64,000 nt of DNA from an uncultured cyanobacterium (GTDB lineage: Bacteria > Cyanobacteriota > Cyanobacteriia > Phormidesmidales > Phormidesmidaceae): the NCBI GenBank assembly GCA_963793265.1, contig CAWBZI010000001.1, positions 800,001-864,000 of the forward strand, read 5' to 3'. Within the stretch, counting starts at the first letter, position 1. Each line of letters starts with the position of its first letter. The position numbers were made by a program, and so were the translations under genes. The notes beneath the pieces are model-generated. The model was not told where the DNA came from and searched no databases. It saw only the letters and a list, made by a program, of their open reading frames with translations. Shown here piece after piece: positions 42,911 through 51,380 of the stretch.

Positions 42911-43498
42911 AAGATCACTCCTAAGAATTCTTCGAATGGCTGATTTATTCAATACTAGCGCTGACAGAATAGCGGCGGTAGCGACCAAATTGCTTTGTTC
43001 GCTTTGAGTAGGAATTACCTGTATTCTTTCAGCAACTTGTCGTAGCGCGGCTTCTTTATCGTCAGTTTGGCTCAACGCTGCAAACGGTAGAAGCCCCGGT
43101 GCTGATAGAAACTTGTCTAGCGGTTGCTCCCACAGACGAACAACTTCAAAGCGATGCTGCGTATTCTCTAGCTCAAACGTAGTTTGCCAAGCCATATCGG
43201 ATTGAGTCTTCTCTAAATAGATCACGACCTGGCGCATCTTCTTATTTGGAAACCGGCGGTGAACTCTCACGCGGTAGTCAAGCATTCTGAAAGGTATGTC
43301 AGGCTTGGGGCGTGTCTGAAATTCAACGTGTAGGATAAGGGTTTCAGACTGGAGCAGAATGAGCGCATCGGCTCTGATAGGCTCTAGCGAAAGTTCTGAT
43401 GGGCTCAGCGTCGTTAGCGCGATTGGCTCGCCTAGTAGCCAAGTGGCAAAATCAGTTGGGAACGTTTCGATTAAGAATTTGCAAACGGTGTCGAACAT
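42620..43498 (-). CDS. Rpn family PD-(D/E)xK nuclease / putative transposase with DUF4351 C-terminus
   Basis: DTVCKFL, IRADALI, HVEFQT, RMLDY, EG(K/M)AEG repeats and EALSEALIDFSGVEDLSNWL. Confidence 0.88.
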   Translation of the reverse strand: MFDTVCKFLIETFPTDFATWLLGEPIALTTLSPSELSLEPIRADALILLQSETLILHVEFQTRPKPDIPFRMLDYRVRVHRRFPNKKMRQVVIYLEKTQSDMAWQTTFELENTQHRFEVVRLWEQPLDKFLSAPGLLPFAALSQTDDKEAALRQVAERIQVIPTQSEQSNLVATAAILSALVLNKSAIRRILRSDLMQESAIYQDIIEEGMAKGIAQGKAEGKAEALQEVTQRRKLVVLRQLRRFVGDVSEADQQQINQLSYEQVEALSEALIDFSGVEDLSNWLSANGSAS

Positions 43499-43536
43499 GC
43501 TGTGCAGTTTAGCAGGCCAGCGATCAGTTCCTTTAT

Positions 43537-44997
43537 TTAGTCCAAATCGCTTTCTAGCGCGGCTGATATGGCTCGCTTTGCATCAGTCTTGAATTCTTCG
43601 ATATCGACTTTGCTAACGAGGGCGATCGCAACCACCATTCCCACTGCCTGAGTAACAAACACTAGCGAATAAGCAGGCAATAGCTGCTCAGCCGTCGGCT
43701 CTATCGCCGCCGCTGCCCCAGTAATATTTTTGCCCAAAGACAGCAGCGCGCCGCCCAAAACAGAAGCGCCGCCTCTAGCCAAAGATTGCGCGAGCCCCCA
43801 AGCACCAATAAACGTGCCCGCCGTCTCAGCCGCCGTCAAATCAAGCATTAAAATAATCGATCCGGTGGTCAAAAGCCCTGCCGCTAGCCCAAACAATCCC
43901 ACGGCCCCACGTAGCATCCAGGGATTAGCCGTTATCCCAGAGAGCGCCAGTAGAATTAAACAAACCGCAGCCGCAACACAGCCTACTTTAACGGTGTTCT
44001 TTTTACCTAATAGAGGCACTAATACAAAGCTCGTACCAATAATGCCTAGCAGCGTACCGCCGCCGAAAAAGCCGTTGAGCGCCGTCGTTTGCTGAATGCT
44101 CATGTCAAAGATTTGACCGCCATAAGGCTCTAGCACCGTATCTTGAGTAAAAATGCTCAGGCTTAGTACCAGCAAAAAGCAAAAGAAAATGCCGGTTTGA
44201 CGGCTCGCTGTCAGCACCTTAATAGCCTGCTTCAGCGTCACGCTATCTTCTCGGCTACTAGCACTCGAACGCGCTTCTAACCGCGAGTACCGTTTCTCTA
44301 CGCCCGCTGTGCTGATAACCGCAAGTCCGCAAACGATCATAGGCGCAATGATAAAAAGGCGGTTCACCGGGCCACGTAGTTCAGCCACCGAAGAAGCGCC
44401 TTCCAAAGACTTCAAAACGGTCGCGATAATCGCCACGCCAGCCACAATACCCAGCATCAACATAGACCAGCTAATGCCGACAATCTTAGATTTGGTTTTA
44501 TCGTCTGAAACGTCAACAAGTAGCGCGGTAAAAGGCGTTGAAGCTGCTGATAGCGCTAGACCATAAAAGGCGAATACCACCGCAAGTAAGCCCACCCATG
44601 GGTAAGCATCCGCAGTCCAGCCAAATTGCTCGATGTTCTCGCCTAGTCGCCATATCACCTGTACGGCTATAAAGGCGATCGCACCCATACTGGCAATACC
44701 TAGCCAAATGTAACCGCTGCGATAGTGACCAAACAGCGGTTTAGCATCCGACATTTGACCAAACCAAACGCGAGCTGGGGCCATAAACTGATGCACCGCG
44801 ATTGCCCCTGCTGCCACTAGAGCAGGCACCTGTAGCTCGTCAATCATTACGCGATTGAGCACGCCCAGGGTCAACAGTGACATGATGCCAAGCCCCATAT
44901 TAAAGATGCCTAAACGGAACATGGTCAGCAGCCCAATTTGAGGAACCTCAGGGTTCTTAGCAGCGCTCGCTACCGCAGGTATATTAGTGCTAGCCAT
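43537..44997 (-). CDS. BCD/PucC family MFS transporter
   Basis: FRLG, LNRVMIDEL, FGQMSD, LEPYGG and GTFIGAWG. Confidence 0.9.
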   Translation of the reverse strand: MASTNIPAVASAAKNPEVPQIGLLTMFRLGIFNMGLGIMSLLTLGVLNRVMIDELQVPALVAAGAIAVHQFMAPARVWFGQMSDAKPLFGHYRSGYIWLGIASMGAIAFIAVQVIWRLGENIEQFGWTADAYPWVGLLAVVFAFYGLALSAASTPFTALLVDVSDDKTKSKIVGISWSMLMLGIVAGVAIIATVLKSLEGASSVAELRGPVNRLFIIAPMIVCGLAVISTAGVEKRYSRLEARSSASSREDSVTLKQAIKVLTASRQTGIFFCFLLVLSLSIFTQDTVLEPYGGQIFDMSIQQTTALNGFFGGGTLLGIIGTSFVLVPLLGKKNTVKVGCVAAAVCLILLALSGITANPWMLRGAVGLFGLAAGLLTTGSIILMLDLTAAETAGTFIGAWGLAQSLARGGASVLGGALLSLGKNITGAAAAIEPTAEQLLPAYSLVFVTQAVGMVVAIALVSKVDIEEFKTDAKRAISAALESDLD

Positions 44998-45247
44998 CGG
45001 TGTTTTCTTCGCGTCTTATCAGTGCTAACAGCTTAGGGGATTCTATCGGCAAGTATTGAACACATCAAAAAAATTCGCATAAGAAAAGCGGACGATCTGT
45101 GTAGACCCTCCGCTGTATGTACCTAAAAATTTGAATTCAAGACCTCGTTGTCTTAAAAAGTCTCTGTCTAGCAGAGGTTGCCTCAAAGGTGAGCGTAAAC
45201 CTTGGCTCGCGAGTCTCCCAACGGCAAGCCAGGGTTTTGCATGTCAG

Positions 45248-45769
45248 CTATGCGTTGCCTTCGGTGTCAGACTCAGTAGCTTCAGAATCAGTCGATTCGG
45301 ACTCAGTAGCTTCAGCGATCGCCGCAGGCTTAGCACCCGCAACGTTTACTTTGACTACCTTATTGCGCTCATCTTCTGCCTTGGGCAGCGTCAGCACCAA
45401 GAGCCCTGCTTCGTAGTCAGCCGTGACCGATTTAGGATCAATGGCGACGGGTAAGGAAACCACGCGGCGGAATGAACCATAGCGGAACTCGTTGCGGCGA
45501 AGCTTTTGGCCTTCGCCTAGTTCAGGGGTGGTGCGATCGCCCGAAATAGCGACCACTTCTCGGCTAGCCTGCACGTCAATATTGTCAGCATTTACGCCGG
45601 GTAGCTGAACGTGCAGCGTCAAAGCATCTTCGCTTTCAACCAAGCTCACAGCAGGCGTCCAGGTAGTCGGGGCAGTCTCTACGCCAGCAAAATCCTCAAA
45701 TAGCTGATCGAGCTGCTGCTTAACGGTGTTGAACTCTTGAAAGGGTTGCCAATAACGACGAACAATCAT
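45248..45769 (-). CDS. hspA: Small heat shock protein Hsp20
   Basis: LPGV, EFRYGSFRR and GLLVLTLPK. The acidic tail carries a 30-bp-period repeat (45270-45315). Confidence 0.9.
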   Translation of the reverse strand: MIVRRYWQPFQEFNTVKQQLDQLFEDFAGVETAPTTWTPAVSLVESEDALTLHVQLPGVNADNIDVQASREVVAISGDRTTPELGEGQKLRRNEFRYGSFRRVVSLPVAIDPKSVTADYEAGLLVLTLPKAEDERNKVVKVNVAGAKPAAIAEATESESTDSEATESDTEGNA

Positions 45770-45945
45770 GTTGTGTATCTCCGAAAGTGCGATGTATTTA
45801 TGATGCCAATCGCAAGGGGTATTCGGTGAGTGCTATAACCCTCACCTAGCGGTAGAGGATGCCGACATTCGGTTGATATACGGTAAATACGGCTGTCGAT
45901 ACCGATTGGTAGCCTGCTGCATTAAGCCTATTACTCACAGATGCT

Positions 45946-46746
45946 ATGCCTTCAACTATCCGTCAAACTGCTCTGATCACAGGTGCCTCTAACGGCATTG
46001 GCTTAGCACTCGCCAAAAGATTCGCTGCCGAGAATCATGATTTGATTTTGGTCGCTCGCAGTGAAGATAAGCTACAGGCGCTCAAGATAGAACTCAGCAG
46101 CAAGCATGGTATCGAAGCTCACGTATTCAGCTACGACCTCACGCAGCCAGACGCCTGTCAGTCGCTCTTTGATCGCACTCAGCAAGCGGGCCTTCAGGTT
46201 GATGTTTTGGTCAATAATGCAGGCTATGGCGACTATGGCGACTTCGTAGAAACTGACTGGGAAAAGCAGCAGGGCATGATCTCGCTCAATGTGATGGCAA
46301 TCACTCACCTCACCCATTTGTTTTTACCCGCAATGGTGCAGCGCGACTCGGGCAAAATTCTCAATGTGTCGTCTACTGCGGCCTTTCAACCAGGGCCAAA
46401 GATGTCAGTTTATTTTGCGACTAAGGCATATGTGCTTTCGTTTAGTGAGGCGATCGCAGCCGAAACCGACGGCACTGGCATCAGCGTCACCGTCCTTTGC
46501 CCCGGCCCCACCCAATCTGGCTTTATCGACAACGCCAACATGGGAAAAATGGCCGCTGCTGATGCGATTTCAGAAGACAAGCTGCCTTCCTCAAAAGAAG
46601 TGGCTGACTTTGGCTATGAAGCGCTGCAAAAAGGCCAGGTTGTCGCTGTACATGGCACCCTTAATAAGTTAATGACTTTCTCTAACCGATTAGCCCCTAG
46701 AGCTGTTATTCGCAAGGGCGTTAAGCAGTTTATGTCCTCTAAATAG
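45946..46746 (+). CDS. Short-chain dehydrogenase/reductase
   Basis: TGASNGIG, NNAG and YFATK. Confidence 0.93.
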   Translation: MPSTIRQTALITGASNGIGLALAKRFAAENHDLILVARSEDKLQALKIELSSKHGIEAHVFSYDLTQPDACQSLFDRTQQAGLQVDVLVNNAGYGDYGDFVETDWEKQQGMISLNVMAITHLTHLFLPAMVQRDSGKILNVSSTAAFQPGPKMSVYFATKAYVLSFSEAIAAETDGTGISVTVLCPGPTQSGFIDNANMGKMAAADAISEDKLPSSKEVADFGYEALQKGQVVAVHGTLNKLMTFSNRLAPRAVIRKGVKQFMSSK

Positions 46747-46763
46747 CGGGGGTGTTTGGTCAG

Positions 46764-47084
46764 CTAACGCCAGGGCGATCGCACCTCAAACGAAATAGAA
46801 TCCCGCACCGAGGGCTCAGCAATCGACACGGGCTTTTCTAGATTATTTTTTGTTTTACTCTCAGCACTTTCTTCGGTGGAAGTCGAGGCGATCGCACTGC
46901 CTTTTGCCGTCTCTGCGGGCTTCACCAACTTCGGCAAATGAGCCGCATTACTCGCTGCTGCTAAACCCATCCCACCCAAAACAAGGCCCACACCAGAAGG
47001 GTGCCAGCTTCCAATTTGAGCAACCCACTCAAACAGCTCAGCGCCCACGAACAGCAGTAAAAAACAAGCCAGCCAAAACTTCAC
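46764..47084 (-). CDS. Hypothetical membrane protein
   Basis: Two hydrophobic helices and LAAASN. Confidence 0.65.
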   Translation of the reverse strand: MKFWLACFLLLFVGAELFEWVAQIGSWHPSGVGLVLGGMGLAAASNAAHLPKLVKPAETAKGSAIASTSTEESAESKTKNNLEKPVSIAEPSVRDSISFEVRSPWR

Positions 47085-47178
47085 AGCAACCTACCTTTCT
47101 TTGCCAAATTCACCTGCAAACTCAATCGGTATCAATGGCGCTAAAGTAAGAAGATACCCCATACTGCGATAAGTTTCC

Positions 47179-47997
47179 GTGAAAGACCACTCCCCCGAAG
47201 CGCCGTTCAGAGGCGTGACTCTGCTCTCCAACCGCGAAATTGACGCCATGCGCCCGGCCTGTCGGCTCTCCTCTGAGCTGCTGGATTTTTTGGCACCGAT
47301 GGTCAAGCCAGGCGTAAGTACGCTAGAGCTAGACGATGCCGCTGAAAGATGGACTCGCAAGCACGGGGCAACCAGCGCTCCCCTTGGCTATCCCGGCCCA
47401 GAAGGCGCTATTCCCTTTCCCAAATCAATTTGCACCAGCATCAACGAAGTCGTTTGCCACGGCATTCCAAACAAACACGACATTCTACAAGATGGCGACA
47501 TCATCAATATAGATGTTACGCCTTTCTTGAATGGCTACCACGGCGACAGCTCGCGCACGTTTATGGTGGGCGAGGTTGACCCAGCAGCGCGCAAGCTCGT
47601 AGAGGTGACTGAAAAAGCGCTATGGAAAGGAATTGAAGCGGTTAAAGTTGGCGGACGTATCGGTGATATTGGCGCTGCTATTCAGGAATACGCTGAAGCA
47701 GAAGGCTTTTCAGTCGTGCGTGACTTTGTAGGCCACGGTGTTCATCGCATTTTTCATACCGAACCGCAGGTGCCTCACTATGGCATTCGCGGCAAAGGCA
47801 AGAAAATTCGGCCCGGCATGGTTTTCACGATTGAACCGATGCTTAACATTGGCACTCATGAAGTAGAGCTTCAGGACGACCAGTGGACAGCCGTTACCAA
47901 AGACGGTGAACTTTCGGCTCAGTTTGAACACACGCTAGCCGTTACAAAATCAGGCGTAGAAGTGCTGACCTACTTGCCGGTTGCAGTCGTTGTATAG
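47179..47997 (+). CDS. map: Methionine aminopeptidase type I
   Basis: SINEVVCHGIP, GDSSRT, GHG, FTIEP and AQFEHT. Confidence 0.97.
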   Translation: MKDHSPEAPFRGVTLLSNREIDAMRPACRLSSELLDFLAPMVKPGVSTLELDDAAERWTRKHGATSAPLGYPGPEGAIPFPKSICTSINEVVCHGIPNKHDILQDGDIINIDVTPFLNGYHGDSSRTFMVGEVDPAARKLVEVTEKALWKGIEAVKVGGRIGDIGAAIQEYAEAEGFSVVRDFVGHGVHRIFHTEPQVPHYGIRGKGKKIRPGMVFTIEPMLNIGTHEVELQDDQWTAVTKDGELSAQFEHTLAVTKSGVEVLTYLPVAVVV

Positions 47998-48917
47998 GGT
48001 GTTAGCGGTGGGCCTGGAGGTTGAGTTTTTGGGCGAGCTATTTTGGCGAACTGGCTAGCGATCGCCCCCAACAAAATCAACCCCAACAGGCCCGCCAGCG
48101 GGTTATTATCTACGCCTGTCACCCACTCAGGCACCCGCTTCGTATACGCACTTAGCCCGCCCACATTTACAATGTAATAGCCCCAAATTAGTCCAGCATG
48201 TAAGCCAATCGGATACGCCAGGCTACTCACTGCCCCACGCCCGCGCCTTTGCCCGCTGCGCCGCGCCCATACCAGCGCCATCCCTAAAATCACCAGCCCC
48301 AAAAACTGCGGAAACGTCCGCACAATCTCCGGCCAAGGCTTAATAAAGTGAGTCGCTGCAAAAAATAGGGCATTCATCACCAGCGCTGCCGTAGCGCTGT
48401 AGTTCTTTTCGAGTTCAGCCAGCAGCCAGCCTCGAAACAACATCTCTTCAGCAAAGCCAACGGCCAGCGCCATCACTAGCCCTTCTACAATAAACTGACC
48501 GAGCCGAGCACTCGGCGCACTCGGCATGGCCCAGCCCAGCAGCATTTCTATACCGAACAGAGCGAATACGCCTAAGACCCCGATAGCCATTGCCAGCCAC
48601 AAGTCTCGCGCACTCTGCGGCTGCACAATCAGGCCGCATCGTTGAAACGGCCTGCGCCAATGATGAATGCGTTTTCCCCAAACCGGGAGGCCATACAAAA
48701 AGCCCGCATATAGCAGCACCAGCGCCACAATTTCAGCGGTGCCGGAGCGGTCGAACACATAGCCAAGCCAGTACACGGGCAAAGCAAAGGGGAGCCAGGC
48801 GATCGCTAGCATCCCCAAAAAAATAAACACACGCGGCCAAGCGCCAAGCGTCCTGATAAGCGCTTCAAACCGCACCCAGCTTTTGAACCGCGCTCTATCG
48901 GATGGGTCTACAGACAC
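47970..48917 (-). CDS. CPBP/CAAX family intramembrane protease
   Basis: EEMLFRG, FAATH and IGLH. Confidence 0.9.
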   Translation of the reverse strand: MSVDPSDRARFKSWVRFEALIRTLGAWPRVFIFLGMLAIAWLPFALPVYWLGYVFDRSGTAEIVALVLLYAGFLYGLPVWGKRIHHWRRPFQRCGLIVQPQSARDLWLAMAIGVLGVFALFGIEMLLGWAMPSAPSARLGQFIVEGLVMALAVGFAEEMLFRGWLLAELEKNYSATAALVMNALFFAATHFIKPWPEIVRTFPQFLGLVILGMALVWARRSGQRRGRGAVSSLAYPIGLHAGLIWGYYIVNVGGLSAYTKRVPEWVTGVDNNPLAGLLGLILLGAIASQFAKIARPKTQPPGPPLTPYTTTATGK

Positions 48918-48956
48918 TATCTCTCACCAAAAACAACCTATACCTAACGATCAGGC

Positions 48957-49250
48957 TTAATCGTCAGGCTCAATCGTACTGGTTAATCCCTTGCTACATA
49001 AACTCTCACAATAAAACTCAGCGTGCTCTAGTTCACACACAATCACTAGCCCTTTGCCCGAGTTGTGCGCCTGCATCATAATGTCAATCGCCTGAGGCTC
49101 GGTCAGTGCAGGCACCGTTTCAACCAAGCAGCCCACCACATACTCCATCCCGTTAAAGTCGTCGTTGTGTAGCAAGACTCGGTATCGAGGGGCTATTTTA
49201 CGAACCGTTGTAGTGATCGGCTTTTCAATAGTTCCAATAGAGGTTGGCAT
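48957..49250 (-). CDS. clpS: Clp protease adaptor ClpS (second paralog)
   Basis: YRVLLHNDDFNGMEYV and EHAEFY. Confidence 0.94.
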   Translation of the reverse strand: MPTSIGTIEKPITTTVRKIAPRYRVLLHNDDFNGMEYVVGCLVETVPALTEPQAIDIMMQAHNSGKGLVIVCELEHAEFYCESLCSKGLTSTIEPDD

Positions 49251-49525
49251 AGTTTGTTAACACGCTCCTTGTTGCCTTAAGTTAGAACGCCTCATGTGAG
49301 GCGATCACTTGTAGATTTTTAAATTCTATCGTTAGAGTTTATCTATAGGACAGGAAAGTCAAAGACTTTCAGCCAAAAGCACTATGGCCGCGTCCTACAG
49401 CTATATGTGTAATTCAGACAACTCTGCGCCTAAGAAACTATGAAGAATGATAGGATAAGCAAATATCTACGATTCTTAATATATCTTAAGCAAAATCAAA
49501 ACGCTTTAGCAGTTGTACCCTCCTT

Positions 49526-49981
49526 ATGAGCATCGCCCCCTCACAGATTCTCTATCTAGAGCATGGCGCTTCTCGCCTGTACGCAGAAGCTATCCAGATT
49601 ATAGAGAATCGCCACCTCTGCTGGGCCAGACCAACCCTTCTTATTCAAGGTCTACCAGAAGCTATCTCAGCAGAGTTTAGTACGCACTCAGACGCTCGTC
49701 AGGCTGCGATCACCACTGCTGTGGCCACCCCCGAGCACACCCACCTCAATCTATATGACCTAGAAGGTGGCCCTGATTTAATCTGGCCGCTTGAGCTATT
49801 TCAAATTGCCTTCGACGTTGACTTTTTCTCTTTGCTAGTGCAATTGAAAATAAATCCTAACAAGACTTCACAGCAGCACAGCGGAAAACAGCTCAACGAA
49901 TTTATCCACAGTTTTTGGCACACCAACGCCAATTTCTTCGATGCTCAACCCAGCGAACTACCTTCGATCGATGCCCTTTAG
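49526..49981 (+). CDS. Hypothetical cyanobacterial protein
   Basis: LYAEAIQ...CWARP and DLIWP in a 151-aa ORF. Confidence 0.65.
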   Translation: MSIAPSQILYLEHGASRLYAEAIQIIENRHLCWARPTLLIQGLPEAISAEFSTHSDARQAAITTAVATPEHTHLNLYDLEGGPDLIWPLELFQIAFDVDFFSLLVQLKINPNKTSQQHSGKQLNEFIHSFWHTNANFFDAQPSELPSIDAL

Positions 49982-50849
49982 CTCGCTTCAGAAACTACTA
50001 GCTGGCTTTAACGACCACAGCTCTCAAAAAATATCAAATGAGCTGTGCCTATATTTGAGGTGGCTGTTCTCTAGCAATGCGTTTTTGTCCTGCTTATAGG
50101 GTTGCGTATGCAGAAAACAAAGTTTGTAGGGAAATCGATGCTGCAGAAGAACCTTACTGAATTCGTATTTGTGTTGGTGAGCATCAAGCGCTTTGCAATG
50201 CGTTAGTTTGTATCCAAAAATACCGAAGAATTTTCTCGAAAAGTAGCCTCTGCTACGACACACGACAAGCGCTTTTCTCCTGGTGTTCACTGATAACAAT
50301 TCATACAACAAAAGTGCTGCTGATATGATTTTAGGTGATTGATTAATAGGAACAAAAAAATTTTATTGGTATCTATATTTATATCAACAGAAGTGGAGGT
50401 GAAAATGTCGTATAGCTTGATTTAGCGTGTGTCTACGCATGAAAAGCTACCTTTTGGCTTCTAGGACTAGGTGCTCAAACGGTTGGGCAATCTATGTCAA
50501 AAGGCATATTGAACCAACTTTAACTGGCTCATACGATTTGTATTAGGAAGCACAGCAGCTTTAGCTAAATATAAAGTTAAGTAGGAGTACTTACTAGAAA
50601 CTTTAAACAAGCGCTACACAGGTCAAGATTTCGACAATTATACGGTTGATGCCTAGCTTGCTTCTGGTATTCCCGCTATGTTTGTTGCCATGTGCTCGCA
50701 ATGAGTGCTCTCGTCATATTATTCACGAAGGCACCTGCTAGCAAAACATCTTTAGCGATAGTTAACAAACGCCTAATTCGCAAGGGTTTAGATAGTTTTC
50801 AGTAGTTAAGTAGACCAATTTTAGTAAAGCCGACCGAGGAGAGAGTGAT

Positions 50850-51173
50850 ATGTCAGTTCGTACCCCTTCTGTGACCGTGATTTGTCCTTCTGGCATTTTG
50901 AATGCTGAGAGCGCTTGTAACTTCGAGCAGCAGCTTATTTCGGCTATTCACTCAAGCTGTGATGGCGAGCTGGTAGTTGATATGAGCAACGTCGAGTCTT
51001 TGGACAATGCTGGTCTGGTTTCTTTTATGTCAGCACTCAATACCGCGCGTTCTCAGAGTAAGCGGCTTAGCATTTGCTCTGCCCCACCGGCTATCCGTAT
51101 CGTCTTTGAGCTAACTCAGCTAGATCGCGTATTTACAATGGTAGAGCAGGCACCTATTGCGATCGCAGCCTAA
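50850..51173 (+). CDS. STAS domain anti-sigma factor antagonist
   Basis: VDMSNVESLDNAGL and FELTQLDRVF, with a GAGGAG RBS. Confidence 0.9.
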   Translation: MSVRTPSVTVICPSGILNAESACNFEQQLISAIHSSCDGELVVDMSNVESLDNAGLVSFMSALNTARSQSKRLSICSAPPAIRIVFELTQLDRVFTMVEQAPIAIAA

Positions 51174-51260
51174 CTGACTCACTTCAACCCTATTCGTGGA
51201 CTTAATCTACGCTCCCCACTGGGGGAGAGCTGTAGAAAAGGGTTTGCGCTTTATTTAGAT

Positions 51261-51290
51261 GGCGTTCCTTAAAAGAAGGGGGCGCTTTTT
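51261..51290 (+). terminator. Intrinsic terminator
   Basis: GCGTTCCTT-AAAAG-AAGGGGGCGC-TTTTT. Confidence 0.55.
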
Positions 51291-51380
51291 CAGTTTTTGG
51301 GCATCTATAAACAGCAAAACCTCGGCCCGAATCTTTGCGATATAGTGATAGCCGATGCTTCCCCTATCAAACTAATTGCT

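Noticed and set aside
42620..43498. Rpn gene as an IS element
   Set aside because: No terminal inverted repeats or target duplication seen, and the family is not shown to transpose.
20335..45895. TAAATACGGCTG shared at 20335 and 45884 (ATACGGCT also at 33662)
   Set aside because: One 12-mer match among several kb of intergenic DNA is within chance expectation; a genome-wide test would be needed.
33849..49250. Two clpS genes
   Set aside because: Two ClpS paralogs are normal in cyanobacteria.
49296..49310. CRP-like TGTGA-GGCGA-TCACT upstream of clpS
   Set aside because: The spacer is 5 nt, not the canonical 6.
50024..50311. 95-aa minus-strand ORF
   Set aside because: TTG start, atypical composition and no motif.
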